64,000 nucleotides of DNA, taken from assembly GCF_006345805.1 (NCBI RefSeq), contig NC_043008.1, positions 25,048,001-25,112,000 on the forward strand, given 5' to 3'. The notes below the pieces were generated by a model. The model was not told the origin of the DNA. It made no database searches and saw only the letters and a list, made by a program, of their open reading frames with translations. Source of the stretch: Octopus sinensis (Eukaryota). Positions within the stretch are counted from its first letter, which is position 1. Every line of letters begins with the position of its first letter. Below are positions 51,495 to 63,106 of the stretch, piece by piece. The position numbers and the translations under genes were made by a program.

Positions 51495-52784
51495 TGTGTG
51501 TGTGTGTAGGTGTGTGTATACATATATATATATATACATATATACATACATAATATACATACATATATAAACTATGTATGTATGTGTGTAAATATGTGTG
51601 CATGAGTGGGAAGGGAGAACCTTGAAGCCTTCTCCTTACTTTTGTTTATGTACTCAATACAATATGCTTAACATCAACAAGTTGCTAAAGCACAGTGTTT
51701 ATATAACATAGCTTATATTCACTAAAAATGACCTCAATAGCAGAACTTGACATAAACTACAGTCTTCAGGATTAAATCTCCTGCAGAATTAAGTTCTGCC
51801 TCTGTATGTTCAGCATGCAGTGCTTGTCAATAAAGAATGAAATGCATAGAGAGAATGATGGTTTGCAGTAAAGAAGTGTTATGTTAGCAAATAATAGATA
51901 TGGACAGATCTAATTCTAGTTCATGTTATACAGGTGTTGTGATGGGTACATGTATGTATGTATGTATCTATATATCCATCCATCCATCCATCTATCTGTG
52001 TATATATGCATGTACAGATTTATGTATGTATGCATGGATGGGTGGATAGATAATAAAACTATCATGTTAGAAAGAAAAAGTAAATTCACAGACAAGGCAG
52101 GTTTGTTGTGTAAAACTAAGTTTTAGGGTGAATCTTTTGCTGCAGATAATAAGTCCACCAGCAAATTATATCATGCATTTAGGATAGTGTTACACAAAAT
52201 GAAACCTACAATCAATGTAGTTGAAAATATAGGAAGAGCCATTATAGCATTCAATATTAAGTAAAGTGAAAAACTGTGTATAGAGTAGCAGCAACCTATA
52301 TATAAGAAATGGTCCATAATATAAAAGAAAGGATCAAAGGATACAATGTAAAGAAACTAGCATCTATAGTAGGCCATTGAATGATTGATAAGCAGTATTG
52401 AAATAAAAATGCTTTTGACACAACAACATGATCAAACGTTTAGAGTTCCCCAAAGCAGGTCACACAGAACAAGCAGAAGCCAAATCCAACTACTTTTTCA
52501 TCCTCAAAAGTGCATGGGGTTGTAACAATGCATCTACCATCACACAACCAATGACATAAATAACCACATCTTCACCATCTCAACCCAGATGCATGTATCA
52601 ATGATAAATAGACAATAATCATTATATAAAATATAATATAAATTTAAGTACACAGTATGAAGTGTCAAATATAATCTAACACATTGCTGTACAATATAAC
52701 AGTGTAACTCAAAACCTATTTCTGTGTGCATGAGCACGTGTTTGTGTATGTGTATATATACAAATATCAATGACATTTACTCAC

Positions 52785-52798
52785 AGCCAACCACATGT
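52785..52798 (-). CDS. Candidate 14-nt microexon
   Basis: T-rich tract, branch-like tactgat, then catctag|ACATGTGGTTGGCT|gtgagt. It restores the frame between 53757-53832 and 43401-43447. Confidence 0.35.
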
Positions 52799-53756
52799 CT
52801 AGATGGTATTTGTCATCAGTAATGTAGAAAACATTGAAAACAATAAATTCACAACAAAAAATTGATGTATGCGATTGAAGTAGTATTAAATTAAAATAGC
52901 CATCTATGTATCATACTTAATGTATATACAGCACTGGCAGGTAAGTTACTGCAATATTTGTCCAGAGAAAATTTTAGTATTAAACCAAGTGGCTATTGAC
53001 AATAGTAGTAGATACATTTTTGTTATTGCCTATAATGGATGTGACAAAGGTCAGCTGGGCATTGAGTACCACGTCATTCATAAGGCTCAACTTGGCTGAA
53101 ATTCATCTGACATTCTCATTGGGATGATTTTTTGTCTCCCTTCAATATTAATTGCTTTTTAAACACTACATGACCGTTACAGATGTTATCCCTGAACAGT
53201 AACATGCCTGTCAGCAATGTATATACATTATGTAGGATATATAGATAACTATATTAATTTATAACACTGAAAAAATATGTTGTCACCAATGTCACAGGCT
53301 CTTTAGTTTGCTGTTTTGAGTGCATGCTATATCATAATTAACAGATGTGAACAAAATTGTGTATTCATTTATTGTAATATTTCTTGAACATGTTTATATA
53401 AATTTCTAATGACTGCTGCTAGAGATGTAAGAGATTAGAATCAAACTCCAGCTGTAACAAATATTTATAGTCATGATTATTTAGGCTTGAGATGCCTGGA
53501 AAATTGGTTTGAAATTATGAAGAAGAATTCTTTTCATTTCTAGCTCAAATCAACAATGGAAGACTCAATTTTGCTTGGAAAGAGGTGTGGATGTGTGTTC
53601 TTAGCTCTCTCTCAACCTCTGCAAATATTCTTGATACTATGAAAATGTAGAAAAACATCATAGACATTCGATTAAGTTCATCATAAGGCATGATATTACT
53701 GCAAGCTAATTGGTTGATAATAACGACAGAGTGAATTATTTGGGCATGATCTATAC

Positions 53757-53832
53757 CTGGCAGCTGAGAATTTATGGTTCAATTCTGTCTCCCTACACAG
53801 CATCCACCAGTAATGAAGTGGTAAACAATGTA
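53757..53832 (-). CDS. Candidate exon (76 nt) of the minus-strand gene
   Basis: ttattattttactcag|TACATT..GCCAG|gtatag. Only one frame is open: (L)HCLPLHYWWMLCRETELNHKFSAA(R). Confidence 0.5.
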
Positions 53833-55706
53833 CTGAGTAAAATAATAATACAAATTATAACACAAATACGAATGCAATTAAATATGTGAAGCATGAACAA
53901 AAGTAAAAGTGATGTAGTAATGCTTGTATTAGTAGTCAACGACTTGAAGAAGAACGCTATTACGCAACACAAATATAAGCAATAGAAAGAGAGAGAAGTT
54001 CTTGTATACCTTACTTAAACAAAGAAAAATGCAAGAGTTATTAGACTGCCAGCTTTTAAGCAACAATATGGAGGAGAACAGTAATGAAAAGATGGTGTAT
54101 TTTGCCCAGAAGTATGGACACCATATAAGATGCAATGGACTGCAATTGAGGTTTGCAGAAAGTGTGAATTTATCTGCTAGTGAGCCAGCAAAAGCGAAAC
54201 TTGCTCTAACTTGTCTGTTGCTAAGGTATGTGTTTGTGAATGCATAACAAATGCAATTTAGGACAAACTATTATTTTTATTAAATATAATTTTCATAGAT
54301 ATACAAATAGTTGTGCTTTTGAAGGTGCTGTGTATAGTGAAGGGAAAGGAAAGCAATGTGCTGGATGAGCTGAGCCACTTAAAATTTATTCAAGAGACAA
54401 TGAGACTATAGCAAAGTCAAGACAAAGTAGAGAGTACAGAAAGCATGGTTTGTGTTTCTTCTGCGTGGAAATGCCAAGAGAATGTGGTATGCATGTAATT
54501 GAATGCATGTATGCACGTTGTTTATGATAACAGGAATGGTGAAACAAAAATTAACCTGAGAAATCTGCAAACATTTATGCGTAATCATGCAGCAAAAAAT
54601 CATTGCAAAAGCAGTGTGTAGTGTGAATGCAAGATGGATGGTGTGAAATCGGCCAGAGAGAAAAGGAACATCATGAAAAATACATGCACATTAGTGAAAT
54701 TTCCAGCTGCAAGTGTGTCTGCTGGAAATGAATGCAGCTTGTGCATGAAATTGTCTACAATAACTTTTTAGGAAATTATTGCAAAAGCAACTTTAATGTT
54801 ATTGTTTACAAGGTTGTAAAGCATGCTGGCATGAGAATGAATGAAGTTAGCAGTGTGACATTGTTTTTTTTAGCAACACATAAAGTAAACCTACTGGATT
54901 TAATGCTGTTGATAATAAAGAAAATAGGAACATGCAAAGAAAGAGTTCTTGTGAATCTATTCTGTGCAGTCATGTGTCCGAAAAATTGTTCGGTTACATT
55001 TCATTGTTTGTGCTACCAGCTTGAAGCTGGTAGCTGATAGCGAGTTCTTATGCTATTGACGTCACCATTGAAGATATGAAACTGGTAGTGGATGGGTGGT
55101 GAACTGTAGATCATTGGCTTTCTGTCACTTTGAAGTTTGTTGAGCAACTCTGTTTTGTCATGGCTAAGGCAGTCGAATAACAGTTGCATAGCTGATTTGA
55201 CTGGCCTTTCTCTGAAGTTGTCATTGTTGTTAGCTTCTTTTTTTTATATGGCTGGTCACCACCGGGGAAATATGGTTGGTTTGGCAGCATTTTTGAATAT
55301 CGCAATTGAGCAAATGTTGCACTGGAACAGGTACGTTTACATCAATTTCACACTGTGGTTGGATGTATGGTATTTGTTTGGTGAAGCAGGACTGCGTGTT
55401 ATGCATACATGACAAGCAAGAACATAATAAATATTTTTATTGCAAAATTTATTGAAAAAGGTTTATATAAATTTCAAATGATGGCTGGTAGAGACATAGG
55501 ATATTAGAGTAAAACTTCAGTGCATCAAATACTCATTCATAGTAATGATCAAATTGGCTTGAGATGCTGGAAAAGTTGCCTTGGCATTATATATATATAT
55601 ATATTTATTTATATATATATGAGTGTGTGTGTGTGTGTTTAGGTTAACATATGCCTGTTGGTATGTATGTAAACACAAGTAAAAGTATATATGAATAAGT
55701 GCTTAC

Positions 55707-55757
55707 ATACAAAGGCTACTGGTACAAGAACTTGCAAGATCTGATCGCAAAAATTGA
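55707..55757 (-). CDS. Candidate exon (51 nt) of the minus-strand gene
   Basis: atgtatttgcag|TCAATT..TTGTAT|gtaagc; reads NFCDQILQVLVPVAFV. Confidence 0.5.
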
Positions 55758-56279
55758 CTGCAAATACATATTGAATTCAAAACAAAAACTATAGTGAAAC
55801 AAAGATCACACACACACTCACATATAACCATATTACAGTTACCGTTATAGCAAAGAAGCACACCTTTAAATGCATTCTGTGAACGGACAACTCGCATTTC
55901 TTTTGTGTCAAGAATTCAAAAGCAACACATCATATCTAGTTTCACCCCTACATTTACATACAATGGAAAATATGAAGAACTGATGCTATACAGGAGGAGT
56001 TTCTTGACTGATATATGCATAATTTGAATTGATTCTGTCAGTTAATTAAAACGTTTTCCAAACTTTTACATTACTTTCAATACTAAACTTTCATTTTCAC
56101 CACAAATTTTTGCCAATTAAATTTTTCTAAGTCTACAATCATGTGTTTAGGTTTTTGATTAGCATACATTCCCCTCCTTCTTCTCATGCTCTCTGTTCAT
56201 TTTAGCATGATACATAAGTTACAATAATCATAGATTTCATACACTAATTGCAAACAAAATATTCCAACTGTTGACATCT

Positions 56280-56935
56280 AAGTCTAACCATTGAAAATTC
56301 AAATTCTATTTATAATAATGGCACCAATCCCATTGGCTCTGCCTACTCTGAAGAGGTAACAGCACAAGGAAACAGCAGAGCTTGAAATGAAGGTATGTAG
56401 CGTGTGATCGTCGCATTGACCATAACAGAGAAAGTTGAGCATAGAATATACATCAAATTTTGCCAAAAAGCTTAATGATACCTGCATAGAAGCCTACGCA
56501 AAGTTTTCAAAAAATTTCCATCGTCCTTTTCGCAATCAAGGTGACACCCGTGTGTCTTTTTGGCAGACACACGTCTCATACTCAAATTTTCAGTGATAAT
56601 AGACTGAACTGAACCGTAGCTAATCCTGTGACAACTCACGGATGGTGAATCGACGATTTCCCTTCACAGATGCACGCATATCTGCGATGTTTTTCTTATT
56701 TCTGCTGTTTTCAGGTTTCCCAGAATGTTCGTCAATATCGACATTTTTGGCCATTTGGTAACGTCATAATCACTCGTATGTTTGTGTGTGGCTCATACAC
56801 TCCTCTCCATACACTTTGTGCAACTTTCCGTAGGCCTCCATGCAGGTATCGACATGAAAACTTTCTCTGCCATGATCATTGCGATTTTCACACGCTATAC
56901 ACCTTCTTTCCGAGCACTGCTATATAGGGATTAGC
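56280..56935. mobile_element. Two mariner 5' halves in inverted arrangement
   Basis: Plus ~56420-56510 reads ITEKVEHRIYIKFCQKLNDTCIEAYAK. Minus 56545-56880 reads TCMEAYGKLHKVYGEECMSHTQTYE..EHSGKP..NRRFTIRELS..YGSVQSIITENLSMRRVSAK (mariner HTH region). The left boundary is approximate. Confidence 0.75.
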
Positions 56936-56936
56936 C

Positions 56937-58320
56937 ATAAGCAAAACTGCTAATTTATGAAGTTTGATATTGAATTTTACCCGTCAATATCTAGGCCTTT
57001 ACTCCCAAAATCATTAGACTTCGCCAAGTAGTATGTCAAGATCGATAACTAGGAAATAGATATTATCATTCATGCGAGGAAATCACTTCTTTTTTACGAG
57101 GATTCTACCTGGGTTTAAGAAGAGTGGGGATTCTCTTTTCGATGTACCGATGGGGGCATATGACGGGGCTGAGTTATGTATGCTCATAAGAGCTTATTTT
57201 CCACATAATCTAAAGCTAGAATTCCCGTTTATAGACGCAGATTATATAGGGATGACGGCCTTATAGTCACCCATAATTTAAACGGCCATGAATTAGATAA
57301 GCTTAGGAAGGATCTTATTGCTTCCTTCCAAAGGATGGGATTACAGGTTACTATAGATACTAACCTGAAAAGTGTAGAGTTTTTAGATGTTAATTTGGAT
57401 TTACAGTCGGTAAATTTAAACCTTACCGTAAGCATAATGATAAGCTGTCTTATATTAGCAAAGAATCCAATCATCTGCCAATTATTCTTAGGAACTTAGT
57501 AATGTAGGTAGACGAATATCGTCAATTTCTTCGGATGAGTCAGCATTCCAAAATGCCGCACCTTATTACAATAACGCATTAAGGAATAGTGGATTCTCTG
57601 AGAAGATCCAGTATAACCAACTTAATGCTGGCAGTAATGCTACACGTATAACTAGGACTAGGAAAGTTTTGTGCTTTAACCAAGCTTTCAATATGGCCGT
57701 AAAAACAAATATAGTTAGGGAATTCTTAAAATTACTCTCTAGACATTTTCAACCTGACCATAAGTTTTATAGAATATTTAATAGAAGAACGCTTCAGATC
57801 AGCTAATCTTGCTGCAAAAACTTCGCCTCTTTTATTAACCAACACAACAGTAGGATAATTGCTAACAATCATAGTGCCGATTCTCTTCTTAAAAATTGTA
57901 ATGGCAAAGATGGGTCTTCCTGTCCGTTGGAAGGAAAATGTCTGGAGAAAGGAATCGTGTGTAGAGCCAAGGTGCAGATAGAAGGCTCCCGCGAATGTAG
58001 AACTTATACAGGGACTTCTGAAAATTCTTTCAAAACCCTATTTTATTCGCATAAAAATTCCTTCAGATAGCCCGAAAATAGGACGAAGACCAGTGTGGCA
58101 AAATATGTTTTGGAATTAAAAGTAAAAGAAGCCCGACCTTCCAATGTGACATGGAGTATTTTACACCTTACAGGCACAGTGCACATAAAAGACCCAACAA
58201 ATGTGATTTATGCCTGCTGGAAAATATTTCATTTTATTCCAGGACAATAACTCTTTAAATCAAAGACGCAAACTCATGAATTCCTGCAGACGCGCAGCTA
58301 AATTTAAAATGTTGGCTAGC
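56937..58320 (+). pseudogene. PLE reverse transcriptase + GIY-YIG endonuclease pseudogene
   Basis: Interrupted motifs KFDIE-FYPSIS, IIIHARKSLLF, FDVPMGAYDGAE, YRDDGL, VEFLDVNLDL, KESNH, CN.KDGSSCPLEGKCL, RTYTGTSENSFK, KCDLCLLE, LMNSCR. Confidence 0.9.
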
Positions 58321-58554
58321 AATATACTATATGGATAGTATATATTTTGGATTCTTGGACTAGTTTTTAATCACATTGTTGGATTTGTTTCTTATTGTAC
58401 ATGATTTATTTCGCATTGCAAAGTTATTGTATATATTTCGACAATTTCTTAAGGAAAACCTTCCAATGTTATATGCAAAAATTATTTTCTTGTTTAAGAT
58501 TCTTCTTTTTTTTCTCTTTTATTATTATTATTATTAATATTGTTATTATTATAC

Positions 58555-58570
58555 ATACATAATAATAATG

Positions 58571-58637
<67 letters not shown>
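58555..58637. repeat. (AAT)n microsatellite
   Basis: Directly visible. Confidence 0.95.
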
Positions 58638-58850
58638 GTAGGTGTAAACATGAACAAAATAAAAATAAACAAAAACAAACTACACGAACGTATATAAACA
58701 GGAGATACAAATATTACACACACTAACTAAACATAGACACACGTAGAGATATACGCATACGCAAATGAAGACACACAATAAAAATACAAAATACAAAATG
58801 GCTGACCGTTAGTAAGGAGAGACACACAAATAAGAAAGAAGAAAGCAATG

Positions 58851-58895
58851 GACCACTGATGAGGTCACAGGAGTGTGACGAAAGAATTCAGGTTG
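58851..58895 (+). ncRNA. Minimal type I hammerhead ribozyme motif with canonical core
   Basis: CTGATGA 58856-62; stem II GTCACA-ggag-TGTGAC; GAAA 58880-83; UUC triplet ending at 58889; stem I gacca/aggtt with one mismatch. It lies 3' of a PLE ORF on the same strand. Confidence 0.65.
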
Positions 58896-60283
58896 AAATA
58901 AGATTAAGAGTAATGTAAAAAATAAATAACGCTGAAGCAAAGTAACACCAAATATATAGTGCGTGTGTTTTTATTGGCTAAACTGGCAAAATGACCATTC
59001 CTAAATACAACAATATCTGTTTCAACACACGATTTCACATCAAAAATCTTGCAAAACAAAAATATAAACGATTCTACTTTTATTTTATTTCATTTTATTT
59101 TATTTTATAAACCCATTTTAATCATTTAATTTATAGATAATTCGATATAGGGTGTTCTATTTTGCATTTCTTTAATCCGAATTTTATTACTATGCACTTA
59201 GCAATTTTTTAAAAAATGTTGTCTGTATCTATACGTCAGGACCTAAACATGTTTTTATGTGGATGTTTGTATTGTTGGCATGCATATGTATTCGTATATA
59301 TATAAGTAAGTAAGCGTATATGTCTATACTTGTGCACATACATGGATGTATATGTATGCATGTATTCACTTGGATTTGTGTGGATGTGTACTTACGTACT
59401 TGGATTTGTGTGGATTTGTGTGGATGTGTACTTACGTACTTATTTCCATATATTTATATACATGTTCTTATATGTGTACTTATTGCTAATATACACTTTT
59501 GTATACACATGTATACGCAGTTTTATTTTGTGTACGTTCGATAGCCTCCTATCTTTCTTTCTTTCTTTTCCTTCCTTACGGAAAAGTATTTTTTCTCCCT
59601 TTATTCGTTACTTGTATAGACTCCTTTAACTTTGCACGCCTCTCCCCTTCTCTTTCTCCGTTAACTGTTACATATAAGATCCTTCCCTTTTCTTTTTCTT
59701 TCCCCTTCTCTGCGTTTTACTTCCCGTCTATATGTATACACCAAGTGGTTTTTGCTTACGAGCATGATTGCGTACATATGTATACATATGTATATGTGCA
59801 TTTGTGTGTATATTTCAGTCATACATATATATGTCTGCATATGTATGTAGTCTGTGTATATCCATCTGTGTATTTTAATGTATATTTGTATATTGATGGT
59901 TTAGTATGCGTATATACTGTTGTAAAATATTTATGTAATGCGGCGTGAAAATTTTAATTTTAATTTTAATTTTTAATGTATTAATTGTATTAATCAAATT
60001 ATATTTCGTATATAATTATTTGCAACACGTATTTTGAATCCGCTCTTCGATTTAAGGTATTTCCTCATTTTTTATAATAGGATGAATTTATATTGAATTC
60101 ATTAATAAGATATAGTGTATATTTACACGTAAGGAATCTACTTATAGGAATTCTATACGCTAGAAAGAAAAGCTAGGTTCTATAACCACAAAAATTAGGG
60201 ATAAAATTCGACAGAAACGAATTGAAAAATGAAAAACATTTTACCATCTAGTTTCCTGGACCAATTAGTTTCATATTTTAGTT

Positions 60284-60400
<117 letters not shown>

Positions 60401-60836
60401 GAGAAAGAGTGAGAGAGAGGAAATTCCCACTAAGGTAAGTAAATAAAATTACCAATGTACAAAGAAATAGTCAATGTACATTAGGAGCCATATTTTTTCT
60501 TTTAAATTTTACCTTTATGCGTGTACTATATGCAAATTAGCAAAAGTGCTTTTAGTTGATTATTTTCTGCTAACAAGAAGAATATGCTTGTGTATATATA
60601 CATTGTGCAAAGTATAGAGTATAACAAATAGCCAATATTTAGTATTACTATAGAGTGAAAGGCAAATTCGTGAGGTGAAAGATAATGATTAAGCTGAATA
60701 CCTTGCTGTAGTTATCCATTGATAATTTGAATACAGATTGCATATAGAAAATAGAAAACAATAAAGGAGATAAGATTCTACACTTATTTGATACAATTTT
60801 ACAAACGTTTCAGCAATGAAAATTTCTGTTTTGTAG

Positions 60837-60915
60837 GAAATTACAAAACAATCAGATAACATCATCAAATCAACAAAAGATTTATAAAGAACAAAAAACT
60901 AAATTAATACCAACC
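60837..60915 (+). CDS. Candidate exon of a plus-strand transcript (coding status uncertain)
   Basis: tttctgttttgtag|GAAATT..CCAACC|gtaagc; open frame KLQNNQITSSNQQKIYKEQKTKLIPT. Upstream strong donor aag|gtaagt at 60434/60435. Confidence 0.3.
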
Positions 60916-61468
60916 GTAAGCAAAAATAGCAGTTTGATAGGATCATGGTTTTTGAAATAAAAAAGAAAAGCCAATTATCTCCATTCAGATTCTCTTTCGT
61001 TCTCACTGACTCATGCTATCTCTCTCCCTCTCTCTCTCTCTCTGTACATACATATACATCTATATAGATTTGCACATATTGATATATACTTACACATATA
61101 TACATACACATAGACATATTTACATATGTACAGAAGCACACACACACGCACGTACGTAAATGTATGTTTGTATGCATATGTATCCCTATGTGATAATGTG
61201 AATGTATGTGCAGATTTATATAAGTTTCGGATGCATATATTCATGCATCATCAAGAAGAAGAAGAAGAAGACTAGCCTGATGTTATTCAAAGATAATAAT
61301 GCCTAAACATTAACATACAAAAACATCCAAGTTCAATAGATCATGGATTGATGTTTTTTCTAGAATAATGTTTTTTTTATATTTGATTCGTTCCCATAGT
61401 GCCTAATTTGACTCGTGGCATTTGTAGTTAATTCAGTTAAATATTTAATTTACATTCTTGTACTTCAG

Positions 61469-61502
61469 CTTGATATTTGCAGCATAGGAAGTTTTGTCAA
61501 AG
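61469..61502 (+). CDS. Candidate exon of the same plus-strand transcript
   Basis: cattcttgtacttcag|CTTGAT..CAAAG|gttaga; reads LDICSIGSFVK, in phase with the previous candidate. Confidence 0.25.
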
Positions 61503-61823
61503 GTTAGATATAATTCTTTTAACAGAGACAACAAAGCAGATTGACATGAAGAATAATTAACTGATAGCGGGATAGCAGTAATAGTAACAATTTTGCAGGC
61601 TACAGGGATAATATTTTAACAACCACACACCACATATACATGCACATACATACATGTATGTATATACATGTAATATACCTGTGTATACATCTGTATGAAT
61701 ATATATGTTAATGTATGTGTGTGTGTGGGTGCGTATATATATATATGTATGTATATAAGTATACACGCGCGCACACACACACACACACACAACACACACA
61801 CACACACACCACACACACACACA

Positions 61824-61901
<78 letters not shown>

Positions 61902-62049
61902 CATATATGAATATATAAAGGTTAAGTCAAAGTTTTCACTTGAAGCTTTAATAGTTCAAACTATACATGTAAGATGTTTGTTCATCAAAATATATCCCAT
62001 CATGTTTAATTGTCTATTGCTGTCATTGTGGCAGAAGCTCAATTTATCA

Positions 62050-63106
62050 CTTATACCATTTGTCTGGTTCAGACACGAACAATTTCGCTTTCAATCTCAT
62101 TCACATAGTTGAACTTCCGTCCATGTAGGAAATGAGCCATAGCTCCGAATAGGTGGTAATCTGATAGTGCAAGGTTTGGATTGAAGGCAAAGTGAGGCAG
62201 CACTTCCAGACCCTCAAGTAAGTGTTCGCTTAGCAGTGTGAGCTGGGGCATTGTCATGCTGTAAGAGTGCACACCTTTAGTTGAGTAATACTGGGTAGTG
62301 GACTTTCACATAAATGTTAGTGTTCACAGCATGACCATCTGAGGGAAGCTCTAAGTCTAACACTCCATCGAAATGCCAACAAACATACATGATTTTCTGT
62401 TTAAAATACTCTTCTCTGACAACAGGTTCTGAAGCCTTGCATGAACACTGCCACTGAGTTTTCTTATTAGGATAACAAAAATAGGTACCCAGATACAATT
62501 TGATGCCAAAACCGAACACCTTGAGGATTTACCAGTAGTTGTTTGCAAATGTTTACACGTTGTTGAGCTTGCCCATTGCTCAGTTGATGAGTGGCTTCTC
62601 AACAGCATATGTTCACCAAACTGAGCTTTTGAAGGTGCCAAGTGATGGAATTTTGTGAAGCACCAAGTTCTTCCAATAATGTATAAATGTTTGTTCAGCC
62701 AATTGAAGCAAGGCCTCATTTCCTACAAAAAAATGTCTCCTTGGTTTGTCTTTGAGGCTGGTAATCACCTTCCTTGAAACGTCTGGACCAGTTTTGTGTC
62801 ACACATTCAATGACACTTCCTGGTCCTTTCACATCATTAATATCTTTTGCTGTTGCCCTTGCACTCAGTCCTTTTTCCCCCACAGATAGCGTAAAATGGC
62901 TCTAAGTGGAATTTTTTGACATCCCATTATCAAAGTTATAAAATAAAGAATAAACAAGTGATGTTTATATGTTATATATGAATAACAAGATTAAACAATT
63001 CAACTATGATTGGACAACAAGTGATATCAAATTAATGATGTAACATAGAGATACAAGTTGCAAAAGTCATCAATGAAAATCTAAAATAACTTTTGAGTCA
63101 GTCTGG
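62050..63106 (-). mobile_element. Decayed mariner (DD34D-type) transposon
   Basis: Minus strand reads LLQHDNAPAHT..LEVLPHFAFNPNLALSDYHLFGAMAHFLHGRKF and N-terminal LRAILRYLW. TIR-like ccagactgactcaaaagtt with TA at 63107-63108. Left end unclear. Confidence 0.85.

Larger units (their letters stand above)
56937..58900 (+). mobile_element. 5'-truncated Penelope-like retroelement (Naiad-like), decayed
   Basis: RT + GIY-YIG pseudogene followed by ~550 bp with (AAT)n and a hammerhead motif. The 3' boundary is approximate. Confidence 0.8.

Noticed and set aside
54002-54247. 81-aa plus ORF ending near an aag|gtatgt donor
   Set aside because: No upstream acceptor in frame, and it lies in decayed repeat-like sequence antisense to the better-supported exons.
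57880-58310. Selenoprotein-type (UGA-recoding) PLE
   Set aside because: No TGA at conserved Cys positions; the stops present are TAA/TAG decay.
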